From the NCBI GenBank assembly GCA_017649855.1, contig JAGCGA010000027.1, forward strand, positions 906-64,905: a stretch of 64,000 nucleotides of DNA, read 5' to 3'. This DNA comes from Bacteroidales bacterium (GTDB taxonomy: Bacteria; Bacteroidota; Bacteroidia; Bacteroidales; WCHB1-69). Each line of letters starts with the position of its first letter. The stretch's first letter is position 1. Under the pieces are notes generated by a model. It searched no databases and was not told where the DNA came from. It saw only the letters and a program-made list of their open reading frames with translations. The position numbers and the translations under genes are program-made. Below, in pieces: positions 46,008 through 55,292 of this stretch.

Positions 46008-47015
46008 CTAATTGGCGGCGTCAAGCAGCTTGTCGATGATGTTCTCCACGGAAAGACCTTCCGCTTCCGCCTTGTAGTTACGGATAATTCTGTGACGCAA
46101 GATGTTGTGGGATACCGCACGGATGTCCTCAATGTCGGGCGACAGCTTGCCGTTGAGGATGGCGTGGGTGCGTGCACCGATGATGAGGAACTGGGAGGCA
46201 CGCGGACCGGCGCCCCAGGAGAGGTAGTCGTTGGCCCACGGGTGCGCGCCCGGAGTGCCCGGACGGGTCAGCGTGGCTAAGTTGACAGCGAAACGATATA
46301 CGTTCTCGGGGATGGGTACCTTCTGCAACAACTTCTGATAGAAGATGATGTCATCTGTGGTGAGCACACGCTGCGGCTCAACCATGTCGCCATGGATGGT
46401 GCGCTTCACGATGTCCACCTCCTCATCCTTGGAAGGATAGTCCAACAGGATGTTGAACATGAAACGGTCTTGCTGGGCCTCGGGCAGCGGATATGTACCC
46501 TCCTGCTCGATAGGGTTTTGCGTGGCTAACACGAAGAAAGGGTCGGGGAGGGAATAGGTGGTGCCGTTCATACTGACGGAACGCTCCTGCATGGCCTCTA
46601 GCAAGGCAGACTGCGTTTTGGGCGGCGTACGGTTGATCTCGTCTGCCAAGACGATGTTGGCGAAGACAGGACCCTTGACGAACTTGAAATTGCGGTTGTC
46701 GTCCAGAATCTCCGCACCCATGATGTCGGAAGGCATCAGGTCGGGGGTGAACTGGATACGGTTGTAGCTCATGTCCACCGCCTTGGCAATGGTGGTGATC
46801 ATCAACGTCTTGGCCAAACCGGGCACGCCAATCAGCAGGGCATGGCTGCGACTGAACATGGCCATCAGGATGTTCTTGACCACCTCGTCCTGGCCGACGA
46901 TGACCTTCGCTATCTCGCTTTTCAGTTCTTTATACTTGTCAACAAAAGCCTCAATGGCTTCCACATCATTTTTAAATTCTTGATTCATCTGTTCGTAGTT
47001 TACGGAATCTGCCAT
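46008..47015 (-). CDS. MoxR-family AAA+ ATPase
   Basis: 335 aa. VIVGQDEVVKNILMAMF...HALLIGVPGLAKT (Walker A), LADEINR (Walker B) and LATQNPIEQEGTYPLPEAQQDRF. Confidence 0.85.
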   Translation of the reverse strand: MADSVNYEQMNQEFKNDVEAIEAFVDKYKELKSEIAKVIVGQDEVVKNILMAMFSRSHALLIGVPGLAKTLMITTIAKAVDMSYNRIQFTPDLMPSDIMGAEILDDNRNFKFVKGPVFANIVLADEINRTPPKTQSALLEAMQERSVSMNGTTYSLPDPFFVLATQNPIEQEGTYPLPEAQQDRFMFNILLDYPSKDEEVDIVKRTIHGDMVEPQRVLTTDDIIFYQKLLQKVPIPENVYRFAVNLATLTRPGTPGAHPWANDYLSWGAGPRASQFLIIGARTHAILNGKLSPDIEDIRAVSHNILRHRIIRNYKAEAEGLSVENIIDKLLDAAN

Positions 47016-48352
47016 TTAGAAACGAAATCGCAGTCTCTATATTGTGCGTTTATTTTAATGTTGGTAACTTTTACTTTGTCGAGGACCCATTGCTCCAGCG
47101 CTTCATATTTCTTGTTCTCCAAGGCGGCGTTTTGGATCATGTCGTAATCTTCCACGATGTTGGCCTTGTGCTCTGCAACCTTCTCCTGGAGATAGATCAG
47201 GCGGTAAGCCATGATGCCGTCATCGTTTACGAAAGGCACACAGTCGGAGTATTCGCCCGGGATCAGCTTGTTGATGGTGAGGAAGGTGGCGTCGTCTAAG
47301 GTCTGCCTGTCGAAATAGTTGGAGTTGGTGTAAGGGTTGATGGCCAATCCTCCGTTGTCTTTCGTCGGACCTTCGGAGAAACGTTTGGCTGCCTGGTCGA
47401 TGGTCAATTTTTCGTTGAGGATGATCTGCCGGACGCTGTCGAGGTAGGTGATGGCCTTCACTTGCTCGTCCGTGGAAGGCTTGGGCTGGAGGAGGATATG
47501 GGCCACATGCACCGACTCGCCACGGCGCTCGATCATCTGGATGATATGATAGCCTGCCTGCGTCTTGACAACTTGCGACACCTCCCCGGATTTCAGGTTG
47601 AAGGCGGCAGCTTCAAATTCGGGATAGGTGGTGCCGCGTTCCACAAAGCCGAGATCGCCGCCATGCGCCGCACTGCCCGGATCATCGGAGTAGAGGCGCG
47701 CCAGCAAGGACATCTTCTCCCCGCGCAAGATGCGCTCCCGGTACTCGTTGAGCCGATCTTTGACCGAGTTGACCTCCTCGTCACTCACCGGCGGGATCTT
47801 CACGATCTCTCCGAAAACGTACGAGGTGGGAACTACCGGCATGCTGTCAGGACTGATCTCGCTGGCAAACCGCTTGACCTCCGAGGGCGTCACCTTGATG
47901 TCGCCCGTGATCTTGTATTGAACCTGTTCGATCATCGCCTGCTCCCGCATCATCTCCCGCATCTCCTTCTTGATCTCGGACATGGGCTTCTTGAAATAGT
48001 TCTCAATGTATTTCACATCTCCGCCCACCTGCTGCAAAAAATAGGATATCTTGGAGTTGAGACGGTATTCCACCTCCTCGTCCGTCACCTCTATACTGTC
48101 CAATTCCGCCTGATGTAACAGCAATTTGTTGTACATCAGATTCTCCAGAATCTGGCAATACACCTCCTCCGGATTGTCAATGTTCCGGTACTGCGACTTG
48201 TAGTCAATAAAATGCTTCTCCAGGTCGGATTGCAGAATGACCTCCTTGCCAACGACGGCCACAATGCCGTCAATCGGCGTGCCTCCTCCTTGTGCGTTCG
48301 CCGACAAGAAAGCGGTGATTGAACATAATATGCAGATAATGAGCTTCTTCAT
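47000..48352 (-). CDS. surA: SurA-like periplasmic chaperone / parvulin-type peptidyl-prolyl isomerase
   Basis: ORF 47000..48367, start at the ATG at 48352 (MKKLIICILCSITAFLSANAQ). Parvulin core ...GGDLGFVERGTTYPEFEAAAFNLKSGEVSQVVKTQAGYHIIQ. Confidence 0.7.
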   Translation of the reverse strand: MKKLIICILCSITAFLSANAQGGGTPIDGIVAVVGKEVILQSDLEKHFIDYKSQYRNIDNPEEVYCQILENLMYNKLLLHQAELDSIEVTDEEVEYRLNSKISYFLQQVGGDVKYIENYFKKPMSEIKKEMREMMREQAMIEQVQYKITGDIKVTPSEVKRFASEISPDSMPVVPTSYVFGEIVKIPPVSDEEVNSVKDRLNEYRERILRGEKMSLLARLYSDDPGSAAHGGDLGFVERGTTYPEFEAAAFNLKSGEVSQVVKTQAGYHIIQMIERRGESVHVAHILLQPKPSTDEQVKAITYLDSVRQIILNEKLTIDQAAKRFSEGPTKDNGGLAINPYTNSNYFDRQTLDDATFLTINKLIPGEYSDCVPFVNDDGIMAYRLIYLQEKVAEHKANIVEDYDMIQNAALENKKYEALEQWVLDKVKVTNIKINAQYRDCDFVSKWQIP

Positions 48353-48412
48353 AGCTGAAATTCGCATTCTTTTGAGATATGATCTCCATGAAAAATCAAG
48401 GTGCGAAAATAC

Positions 48413-48438
48413 AAAAAAAAGAAGACAAACGCCTTCTT
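48413..48438 (-). terminator. rho-independent terminator after rpmH
   Basis: On the - strand: AAGAAG-GCGTTTGT-CTTCTT followed by T8. Confidence 0.6.
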
Positions 48439-48474
48439 TTAATTCATTCAGTCATATCCCGCAAGATACAAATA

Positions 48475-48633
48475 CTACTTTCTGCCCAGACTTTCGTCAG
48501 ATACAGTCAGTTTCTTTCTGCCTTTTGCTCTGCGAGCGGCTAAAACGCGGCGACCATTGGCGGTTGACATTCTCTCTCTGAAACCGTGTTTATGTCTCCG
48601 TCTCGTGTTTGAAGGTTGATATGTTCTTTTCAT
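48475..48633 (-). CDS. rpmH: 50S ribosomal protein L34
   Basis: Below the ORF-track size cut-off. My translation of the - strand gives [52 protein letters not shown], the canonical L34 sequence. A -7 box lies at 48665-48672 (TATTTTTG on - strand). Confidence 0.95.
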   Translation of the reverse strand: MKRTYQPSNTRRRHKHGFRERMSTANGRRVLAARRAKGRKKLTVSDESLGRK

Positions 48634-48993
48634 TGCTTTGGAATTTTTGCTTTTTTAAGGACGGCAAAAATACAATTTTTTTTCTTTCATCCAAATCTCC
48701 CGCAAGATTTTCTTTTTTTATGTCGTTTTTTTTACGAGTGTAATCATAATAGATTGATAATTAGTGTATTGATATTTCCAATAATCATGGATGGCCAGCT
48801 TGAGGCCAGGGCGGATCTCCCCGGATCTTCATCCCTTTTATCAACAGAATGGTATGAAAAACTAGAAAATGTCCGCAAAATGTCGTCTCGGTATGCGCGT
48901 AACTATGTTCTGAAACAAGATGACGGTTGTGCCAGTGAAGCCTCTTTTTTATCAGGGATACAATTTCCATTTTTTTTCTTGTGGTTGCAAGCG

Positions 48994-49001
48994 TATTTTT
49001 G
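48994..49001 (+). promoter_or_regulatory. -7 promoter box TATTTTTG for the 817-aa protein gene
   Basis: TAnnTTTG match 44 nt upstream of the ATG at 49046. Confidence 0.4.
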
Positions 49002-49045
49002 TTATTATTGCTTTCTTTTAAGTGGATAATAAAAATATATAAGTC

Positions 49046-51499
49046 ATGATAAAAAAATCAACCCTGCTCTTGAGTTTTATAATGCTGGTTTTTAGCTATA
49101 TAGTTCCAGCTCAGACGGAGAATCCCTATGCGGATTTCAATCCTGAATCGTTAAAGGAAAATGCAAAATATGTCCGTAATTTTGCGCCCAACAACTATGA
49201 CGAGAAGATTTTGTACAGCTGTATGGCCGACATGATCGACCTGGCGCGTGAAGAGTATAGTTTTCTCCCCAAGATGAAACACGATGAGTCTCTGGACTCC
49301 GCAGCACAATTCCAGGCCGACTACCAAGCCTCCAAGGATGAGCGTACGGAAGAGAATGTGGCGCCCTACAAGACGGTCCTTTATCGTCTGCGCAAATACA
49401 ACCTCTCCGGCAACGGTGTGGAGTTGGTGGCCAAGACCAAAGCCTATCTGGGCGAGAAGGAGTATTCTTACTATGACATGTGTCTTGCCACGGTGCAGTT
49501 CTTCCTGAAGAATATGAAAACGGCGGTCATCCTCTTGGACGGTCAATATACCTATCTCGGTATCGGATTCAATACCGACCTGCTGATGAAAAACATGTAT
49601 TTCTCCTGCATCCTGGCCAATGACCGCTCTTTCAATTACAACAAGCCCGGCTATTCCACCAAAGATCTGCCCTATACCAAGACCGCCAATGGCTTGAAGC
49701 CATACGATGACAAGGTGTGCAAGAAATGTGCCGGCGAGCCTGGCCTCGAGGTCTTGTCCGAATATGTGAAGATGCATAAGGATGGGGCTGTCTATCTCGA
49801 ATGTGACGATTACAAGACCCTGAAGAAACTGATTGGCAAAGAGGGCGATGCCATCGCAATCGACTTTGTGCAACAGAGCAATTATGGCTGTGAAAATCCG
49901 ATGTCGGACTATGGCCTTCCCCACAGAGGTTTTGTGACGAAACCCATCACCTTTGAGAAGATGATGGACCTGAATGAGAACAAGAACCTCAAGAGTGGCA
50001 AGATGATTGCCAAGCTGGCCACCCTTCCCGTTGAGATCCCCGAGGATGCCGACATTGATATCCATGTGCTAGTGCTCAAGGAGGGCAACCGGGTGTGTCG
50101 CACCATCATCCCGAAGCGCGTGGAGGTGAAGTCGGCCGACTACGAAGAGAAGATCCTGTTTGTTAAGGACCAGGCTGGCATCAAGGCCAAAGGCGAGTGG
50201 GTGGTCTCCAAGGAGACGGGTGATTTCAGCGTCACCTTCCCCTATGATTTGAAGAAAACCGACTATACGGCCGCGGCCTTTGCCGAACAACTCAAAGAGG
50301 TAAACGTACCCGAATACCGGGTGGACAAAATTGAGATCATCGCCCACAACTCCCCCAACTATTACAAGGATGCCAACTATCAGAAGATTCAACAGAAACG
50401 TGCCGACTTCCTCAAGAAGGACATGCAAGCCCGTTATCCCGGTGTGGAAATCACAACCTCATACGATTTCTGCTACGATCAGTTCAAAAAGAATATCAAC
50501 AACAGTCCGGAATATTATGACCTCAGCTTCCTGGAGTTGGACGAGATGGCCCGTCAGCTGAAATCCGACAGCTGGGCCCTGAAGACCCTTGACAGTGGCT
50601 TCCTGGCCCCGTGCCGCTATTATGAGATCAAATACTATGTCACCTATCTGAATGAGACGAAAGCCGAGGAGCAGAAGTTTGTGGTATGGAAGTTCAACCA
50701 AGCCTTGGCTGAGAAGAACACGGGCCTGGCCATGTCGATTGAGAACTACATGATGGATCAGGTGGAGAAGGGTAAATACACAGCTGCGTTCCTCAAGGAG
50801 ATGAATATCCCGATGAAGAAGGAGTATCAGACCCTGTTGAACAACAAATTGTATATGCAATATTTCTTCGCCAGCAAGTTGACGCCGGCCATTGCCGAGG
50901 AGATGAACAAGATTTTCAACCTCAACCCGGCCAACGTGCTGCTCTCATACAACACTGCTGTGTGTGATGTGCAGGCGGCCACCATCAATAATGTTGCCGA
51001 TATTGCCAAGACGCAGGCCAATATCGACAAACTCTATGGTATCGCTGTCATTCCGAAGGATCGTGTCAACGCTTTGAATATGGAGTACCAATTCAAGGTG
51101 GTGAACTATCTGGACACGGTGACTCCTACCACCGAGACGGCGGCGCTTACTACCGGCACATTTGCCAAGATCAAGGAGATTCGCAATCCCAAGATGGACA
51201 GTTGGAAGAATGCCTACAAGCTGGCCTCCTACTTTGTGAAACAGCACGACTATATGTACGCACTCTCCCTGATGAACCCCTTCCTGGATGATGCCACGAT
51301 CTCCGAAGACTTCATCTTCTCCTATATCTCCATCGGGGCACACCGTGAGGAGGCCTATCTGAGCGGCCTTTTCACAAAAGCTGTGCAGCTGGCCAAAGAG
51401 AAGAATGCAGTTCGTCTGTGCGGACTCTTTGAAAAACTGCCCGCTTGCGTGCTGGAAAATGCGGATGTGAAGAAATTAATCTGTAAAGAATGCAAATAG
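49046..51499 (+). CDS. large secreted protein of unknown function (possible N-terminal CAP/SCP-like domain)
   Basis: 817 aa with a signal peptide (LLLSFIMLVFSYIVPAQ). The coding-like composition contrasts with the antisense ORFs. No domain I can assign securely. Confidence 0.6.
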   Translation: MIKKSTLLLSFIMLVFSYIVPAQTENPYADFNPESLKENAKYVRNFAPNNYDEKILYSCMADMIDLAREEYSFLPKMKHDESLDSAAQFQADYQASKDERTEENVAPYKTVLYRLRKYNLSGNGVELVAKTKAYLGEKEYSYYDMCLATVQFFLKNMKTAVILLDGQYTYLGIGFNTDLLMKNMYFSCILANDRSFNYNKPGYSTKDLPYTKTANGLKPYDDKVCKKCAGEPGLEVLSEYVKMHKDGAVYLECDDYKTLKKLIGKEGDAIAIDFVQQSNYGCENPMSDYGLPHRGFVTKPITFEKMMDLNENKNLKSGKMIAKLATLPVEIPEDADIDIHVLVLKEGNRVCRTIIPKRVEVKSADYEEKILFVKDQAGIKAKGEWVVSKETGDFSVTFPYDLKKTDYTAAAFAEQLKEVNVPEYRVDKIEIIAHNSPNYYKDANYQKIQQKRADFLKKDMQARYPGVEITTSYDFCYDQFKKNINNSPEYYDLSFLELDEMARQLKSDSWALKTLDSGFLAPCRYYEIKYYVTYLNETKAEEQKFVVWKFNQALAEKNTGLAMSIENYMMDQVEKGKYTAAFLKEMNIPMKKEYQTLLNNKLYMQYFFASKLTPAIAEEMNKIFNLNPANVLLSYNTAVCDVQAATINNVADIAKTQANIDKLYGIAVIPKDRVNALNMEYQFKVVNYLDTVTPTTETAALTTGTFAKIKEIRNPKMDSWKNAYKLASYFVKQHDYMYALSLMNPFLDDATISEDFIFSYISIGAHREEAYLSGLFTKAVQLAKEKNAVRLCGLFEKLPACVLENADVKKLICKECK

Positions 51500-52542
51500 A
51501 AGAGCTGGAGCCGCAAGAGCAACAAAAGGACGAATTGTACGAGCATTATCGTTTCGTGGTCGATCCCGGCACGGAATTGCTGCGTATAGACAAATATCTC
51601 TTCAATCTGATTCGGAACACCTCGCGCAATAAGGTGCAGCAGGCGGCCAAGGCCGGCTGTATCCTTGTCAATGGGAAAGCCGAGAAGCAGAACTACAAAG
51701 TCCACCCCAACGATGTCATCACGGTGCTGATGCCCAATCCGCCCCGCGACACGGAGATTTTACCGGAGGACATACCCCTCAATATTGTGTATGAAGATGA
51801 CGATCTGCTCATCATCAACAAGGAGGCCGGCATGGTGGTGCACCCTGCCTACGGGAACTATACCGGTACGCTGGTCAATGCCTTGTACTATTACTTGCGC
51901 GATCAGCAACTGCCAGATGGCTCTCCTGTGAAACCGCTGCTGGTGCACCGTATCGACAAGAACACCTCCGGTCTCATTGCGGTGGCCAAGAACGAGCTGG
52001 CGCAGATGCGGATCGCCAAGGTCTTCTTCGACCACAACCTGGAACGCAAATACTGGGCGCTGGCCTGGGGCGACTTTGAGGAAGACAGCGGCACCATCGA
52101 GGGCAATGTGGGACGCCATCCGAAAGACCGGATGGTGATGACCGTCTTCCCGGAAGGCAGCGAGCAGGGCAAGCATGCCGTCACCCATTGGCGGGTGATA
52201 GAGCGTTTTGGCTACGTGACCTTGGTGGAGTGCCAGCTGGAGACCGGCCGCACCCATCAGATAAGAGTGCACATGCAACATATCGGGCACCCTCTTTTCA
52301 ACGATGAAGCCTATGGCGGCGACCGTATTTTGAAAGGGACCACCTTCAGCAAGTATCAGCAGTTTATCCGCAACTGTTTTGCCTTGATGCCGCGGCAGGC
52401 GCTTCATGCCAAGTCCATCGGCTTTGCGCACCCTACCACGGGCAATTTCATCCGTTTCGAGTCGGAGCTGCCCGCCGATTTCCAGGCGGTAGTGGACAAA
52501 TGGCGCGGCTATGTGGGAAACAGACCGTTGGAGGAGGAATAG
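51490..52542 (+). CDS. rluD: RluA-family 23S rRNA pseudouridine synthase (RluD-like)
   Basis: N-terminal S4 domain (LRIDKYLFNLIRNTSRNKVQQAAKAGCILVNG) and catalytic HRIDKNTSGLIAVAKN. Confidence 0.8.
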   Translation: MQIEELEPQEQQKDELYEHYRFVVDPGTELLRIDKYLFNLIRNTSRNKVQQAAKAGCILVNGKAEKQNYKVHPNDVITVLMPNPPRDTEILPEDIPLNIVYEDDDLLIINKEAGMVVHPAYGNYTGTLVNALYYYLRDQQLPDGSPVKPLLVHRIDKNTSGLIAVAKNELAQMRIAKVFFDHNLERKYWALAWGDFEEDSGTIEGNVGRHPKDRMVMTVFPEGSEQGKHAVTHWRVIERFGYVTLVECQLETGRTHQIRVHMQHIGHPLFNDEAYGGDRILKGTTFSKYQQFIRNCFALMPRQALHAKSIGFAHPTTGNFIRFESELPADFQAVVDKWRGYVGNRPLEEE

Positions 52543-52543
52543 C

Positions 52544-53893
52544 TTACCCCACCATATACCTCTTCAGCACCCCCTTCATCTCCTCCAGCTTCTCCTGGAG
52601 CATGGCTTCGGTGCGCGCCTCCATCAACAGGCGCAGGTAGGGCTCCGTGTTCGATGGCCGGATGTTGAACCACCAGTCTGCAAACTCCACGCGATAACCG
52701 TCAAAGTCCAGGATCTTGGCCGGGGACTCGATGGCGCAGAAGTGCTCCTTCACGGCTTCCATGGCCTCTTTCTTCTGCTCAATGGTGAAGTTTATCTCGC
52801 CTGAGTTGGCATATTGCTTGATCTTGGCAATCAGCTGTGATACCGAGATGCCCCTCTTTTTCATGTCGCTGAAGACATGCAACAGCACCTGGGAAGCAAT
52901 CATGGCGGAGTCGGAGTAGAAGAAGTCACGGAAATAGTAATGGCCTGCGAACTCGCCTCCGAAGGCGCCGTCAATCTCACGCAACTTCAAGGCGGCGTAC
53001 GCCCGTCCCACGCGCCAGATCTCCATCTCGCCACCCATCTTGGCAAGGTATTCTGCCACCGACTTGGAGGTCCGGATGTCTTGGATGACCTTGCCTGTGT
53101 AGTGCTTCTCCTCCAAGAAGTAATGCCCTAACACGGCAATCATCAGGTCGGGGGCGATAAAGTCTCCCTTTTCATCCACAAACATCACGCGGTCGGCGTC
53201 ACCATCGAAGATGACCCCGATGTCGGCCTTCATCTCGCGCACTTTTTCTTGCAGCGCCACCACATTCTCCGGCTCCAGTGGGTTGGCCTCGTGGTTTGGG
53301 AAGGTGCCGTCCAGGGTGTCAAACAGGTAGATGGGGGCGTCCCCGAAGATCTCTTTGACCAAGATGGAGGCCATGCCATTGCTGCAGTCCATCACGATGC
53401 GGAGGTTGGAAAGGTCGTGGTGGTAGCGCGCCTGGAAAGCCAGATACTCAGCCTTCACCTCGTGGGGAATGATCCTGCCTTTTTTTTCTGCCGGGCGCAC
53501 TGCCACTTCGCGCACGCAACGCTCCAACTCGCCTAAGCCGGAGTCGTAGCCTACGGGCAAGGCGTTGGTGCGGGATACTTTCAGCCCGTTGTGCTCCTTG
53601 GGGTTGTGAGACGCGGTGATCATCACCGACGCATCAAAATGATGCTGCGCCGTGAAATAATAGACCATCGGCGTGGTGGTCATCCCCATGTCATACACAT
53701 CCGCCCCCGCATCGGTGATGCCGCGCGACAGGGCCTCAAACATCTGCGGGGTGGACAAACGCATGTCACGCCCAACCAGCACTTTGTCGGTCTTTAATAG
53801 CGAGGGTAGGAAGAAGCCGAATTTATAGACGGTGTCCAAATCGAAGTCTTTGCCGAATACACCTCTGAAATCGTAAGCTTTAAATGCGCCCAT
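52544..53893 (-). CDS. phosphomannomutase/phosphoglucomutase (alpha-D-phosphohexomutase)
   Basis: 449 aa. KAYDFRG, active-site ITASHNPKEHNGLKV and metal loop FDGDADR. Confidence 0.8.
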   Translation of the reverse strand: MGAFKAYDFRGVFGKDFDLDTVYKFGFFLPSLLKTDKVLVGRDMRLSTPQMFEALSRGITDAGADVYDMGMTTTPMVYYFTAQHHFDASVMITASHNPKEHNGLKVSRTNALPVGYDSGLGELERCVREVAVRPAEKKGRIIPHEVKAEYLAFQARYHHDLSNLRIVMDCSNGMASILVKEIFGDAPIYLFDTLDGTFPNHEANPLEPENVVALQEKVREMKADIGVIFDGDADRVMFVDEKGDFIAPDLMIAVLGHYFLEEKHYTGKVIQDIRTSKSVAEYLAKMGGEMEIWRVGRAYAALKLREIDGAFGGEFAGHYYFRDFFYSDSAMIASQVLLHVFSDMKKRGISVSQLIAKIKQYANSGEINFTIEQKKEAMEAVKEHFCAIESPAKILDFDGYRVEFADWWFNIRPSNTEPYLRLLMEARTEAMLQEKLEEMKGVLKRYMVG

Positions 53894-53899
53894 AATAGT

Positions 53900-54553
53900 C
53901 TATTTTTGGCCTTCTGCAGCCATGGAAGAGATCCGGTCCTGTACCAGATTCCTCCAGCGGGTGAAGGCGGATGTTTTGATGTCGTAAAGAAGATCGTAGA
54001 ACGTCCGGCCCCAGTAGTTGCTGGTGCCGAAGCCGCCGGGCTTTTTCAGGAAGTTCTCCGCCAAGACGACTTGGGAGGTGGCGGTGTGACTGATGACAAC
54101 CCATATAGAGGCCCGTTTGGTGATGGAATCGAAGGACTCAACGAGGAAGGTGAGCGCATAAGGTATGCTCGTGTTGAAGGATAGGGTGGCGATGTATTCC
54201 TTGACCTGCTCTTCGTTGAGGATATCCTGATGGGAGATGACATCGGTGAGGAGCTGCTGGATTTTCACCCCTTTGTTGAGTTTCGTGACCTGTGCCAGGT
54301 CGAAGTGCATGATCGGTTTATGAAAACTCAGTCGGATATCGTATTTCTTTTGGTTGTTGATGATGGAGGTGTTCCAGCCGCTCATATAGTAATGCATCAC
54401 CTCTTGCGGGTATTCAAAGCCCTGCTTGGTGAACCTGGCTTTGGAAAAATTGATGCCCGTCCAAAGAATATCCCTTTGGTTCAGGAAATCGATAAACAGG
54501 TCCTCATTCAGGTACATGGGCTCTTTAATTTTCTGCGCGCAAAGGTACATCAA
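53900..54553 (-). CDS. hypothetical cytoplasmic protein
   Basis: 217 aa ORF sitting 6 nt upstream of the mutase gene on the same strand. No signal peptide and no recognisable motif. The start could instead be the ATG at 54517. Confidence 0.45.
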   Translation of the reverse strand: MMYLCAQKIKEPMYLNEDLFIDFLNQRDILWTGINFSKARFTKQGFEYPQEVMHYYMSGWNTSIINNQKKYDIRLSFHKPIMHFDLAQVTKLNKGVKIQQLLTDVISHQDILNEEQVKEYIATLSFNTSIPYALTFLVESFDSITKRASIWVVISHTATSQVVLAENFLKKPGGFGTSNYWGRTFYDLLYDIKTSAFTRWRNLVQDRISSMAAEGQK

Positions 54554-54616
54554 AAAATCGATACCTCAACCAAGGGTGAAAAATATTTATGAGCATTATA
54601 TTTGCGTAAAAAATAG

Positions 54617-54624
54617 TACTTTTG
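54617..54624 (+). promoter_or_regulatory. -7 promoter box TACTTTTG for the PASTA-domain gene
   Basis: TAnnTTTG match 55 nt upstream of the ATG at 54680. Confidence 0.4.
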
Positions 54625-54679
54625 CACTCTTAATGCAATAAAAGTCTTTTTTTTGTGTTATGGAGATATTGGTTTGAAT

Positions 54680-55267
54680 ATGAGTAAAAAAGCAAAACGT
54701 AGGTTTACGACAGATAGTGTTGGCTTCCAGGTGGTTATGGCAATAATCGTATCGATTGTGCTCATGGCTCTGGCCGTTCTTTTTCTCCGGATATTCACCC
54801 GTCATGGTCGGGAGTTTGAGATGCCCGATTATCGTGGCCAGCAGTCGCAGACACTGACCCAGAACCGTACGAAAGAGGGTTTTATTTTTGTGGTGAACGA
54901 GCAGCGATACGAAGAGGGTGCCACGCCAGGCGCGGTGCTAGTTCAGGATCCTGCTGCCGGTGAGAAGGTCAAGCATGGCCGTAAGGTCTATCTGACGGTG
55001 GCTGCAGCCGAGCCTCCAACCATCAAATTGCCCGAACTGCATGAGATTCCCTTGAACCAGGCCAAGATTATGATCGAATCGCAAGGACTGGTCCTCGAAA
55101 GAATCATCGAGAAGCCGAGTCCTTATGAAAACCTGGTCTTAGATGTTTTATATCGTGGTCACAGCATTGCTTCCGGTGCCGACATCAAGATGGGTGAAAA
55201 GGTCACGCTGGTAGTCGGCAAGAATATCGATGTTTTGCCGGATTCTATTCCTTCCCTTGAAGAATAA
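54680..55267 (+). CDS. PASTA domain-containing membrane protein
   Basis: ORF 54653..55267, start at the ATG at 54680. One N-terminal TM helix, then two PASTA-like units (...GAVLVQDPAAGEKVKHGRKVYLTV... and ...VLDVLYRGHSIASGADIKMGEKVTLVVG). Confidence 0.65.
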   Translation: MSKKAKRRFTTDSVGFQVVMAIIVSIVLMALAVLFLRIFTRHGREFEMPDYRGQQSQTLTQNRTKEGFIFVVNEQRYEEGATPGAVLVQDPAAGEKVKHGRKVYLTVAAAEPPTIKLPELHEIPLNQAKIMIESQGLVLERIIEKPSPYENLVLDVLYRGHSIASGADIKMGEKVTLVVGKNIDVLPDSIPSLEE

Positions 55268-55292
55268 CCCTTAAAATTTGAAAGACAGAATC

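Noticed and set aside
46990-47015. 16-nt overlap between the surA stop and the moxR start as something unusual
   Set aside because: Short same-strand overlaps are common, and moxR may start at the next in-frame ATG (…EQMNQEF), which would remove the overlap.
48616-49029. 137-aa + strand ORF upstream of the 817-aa gene
   Set aside because: It overlaps the rpmH start and promoter, and it is translated largely from poly-T/poly-A tracts (FFFFH, FPFFFLW). There is no promoter box in front of it.
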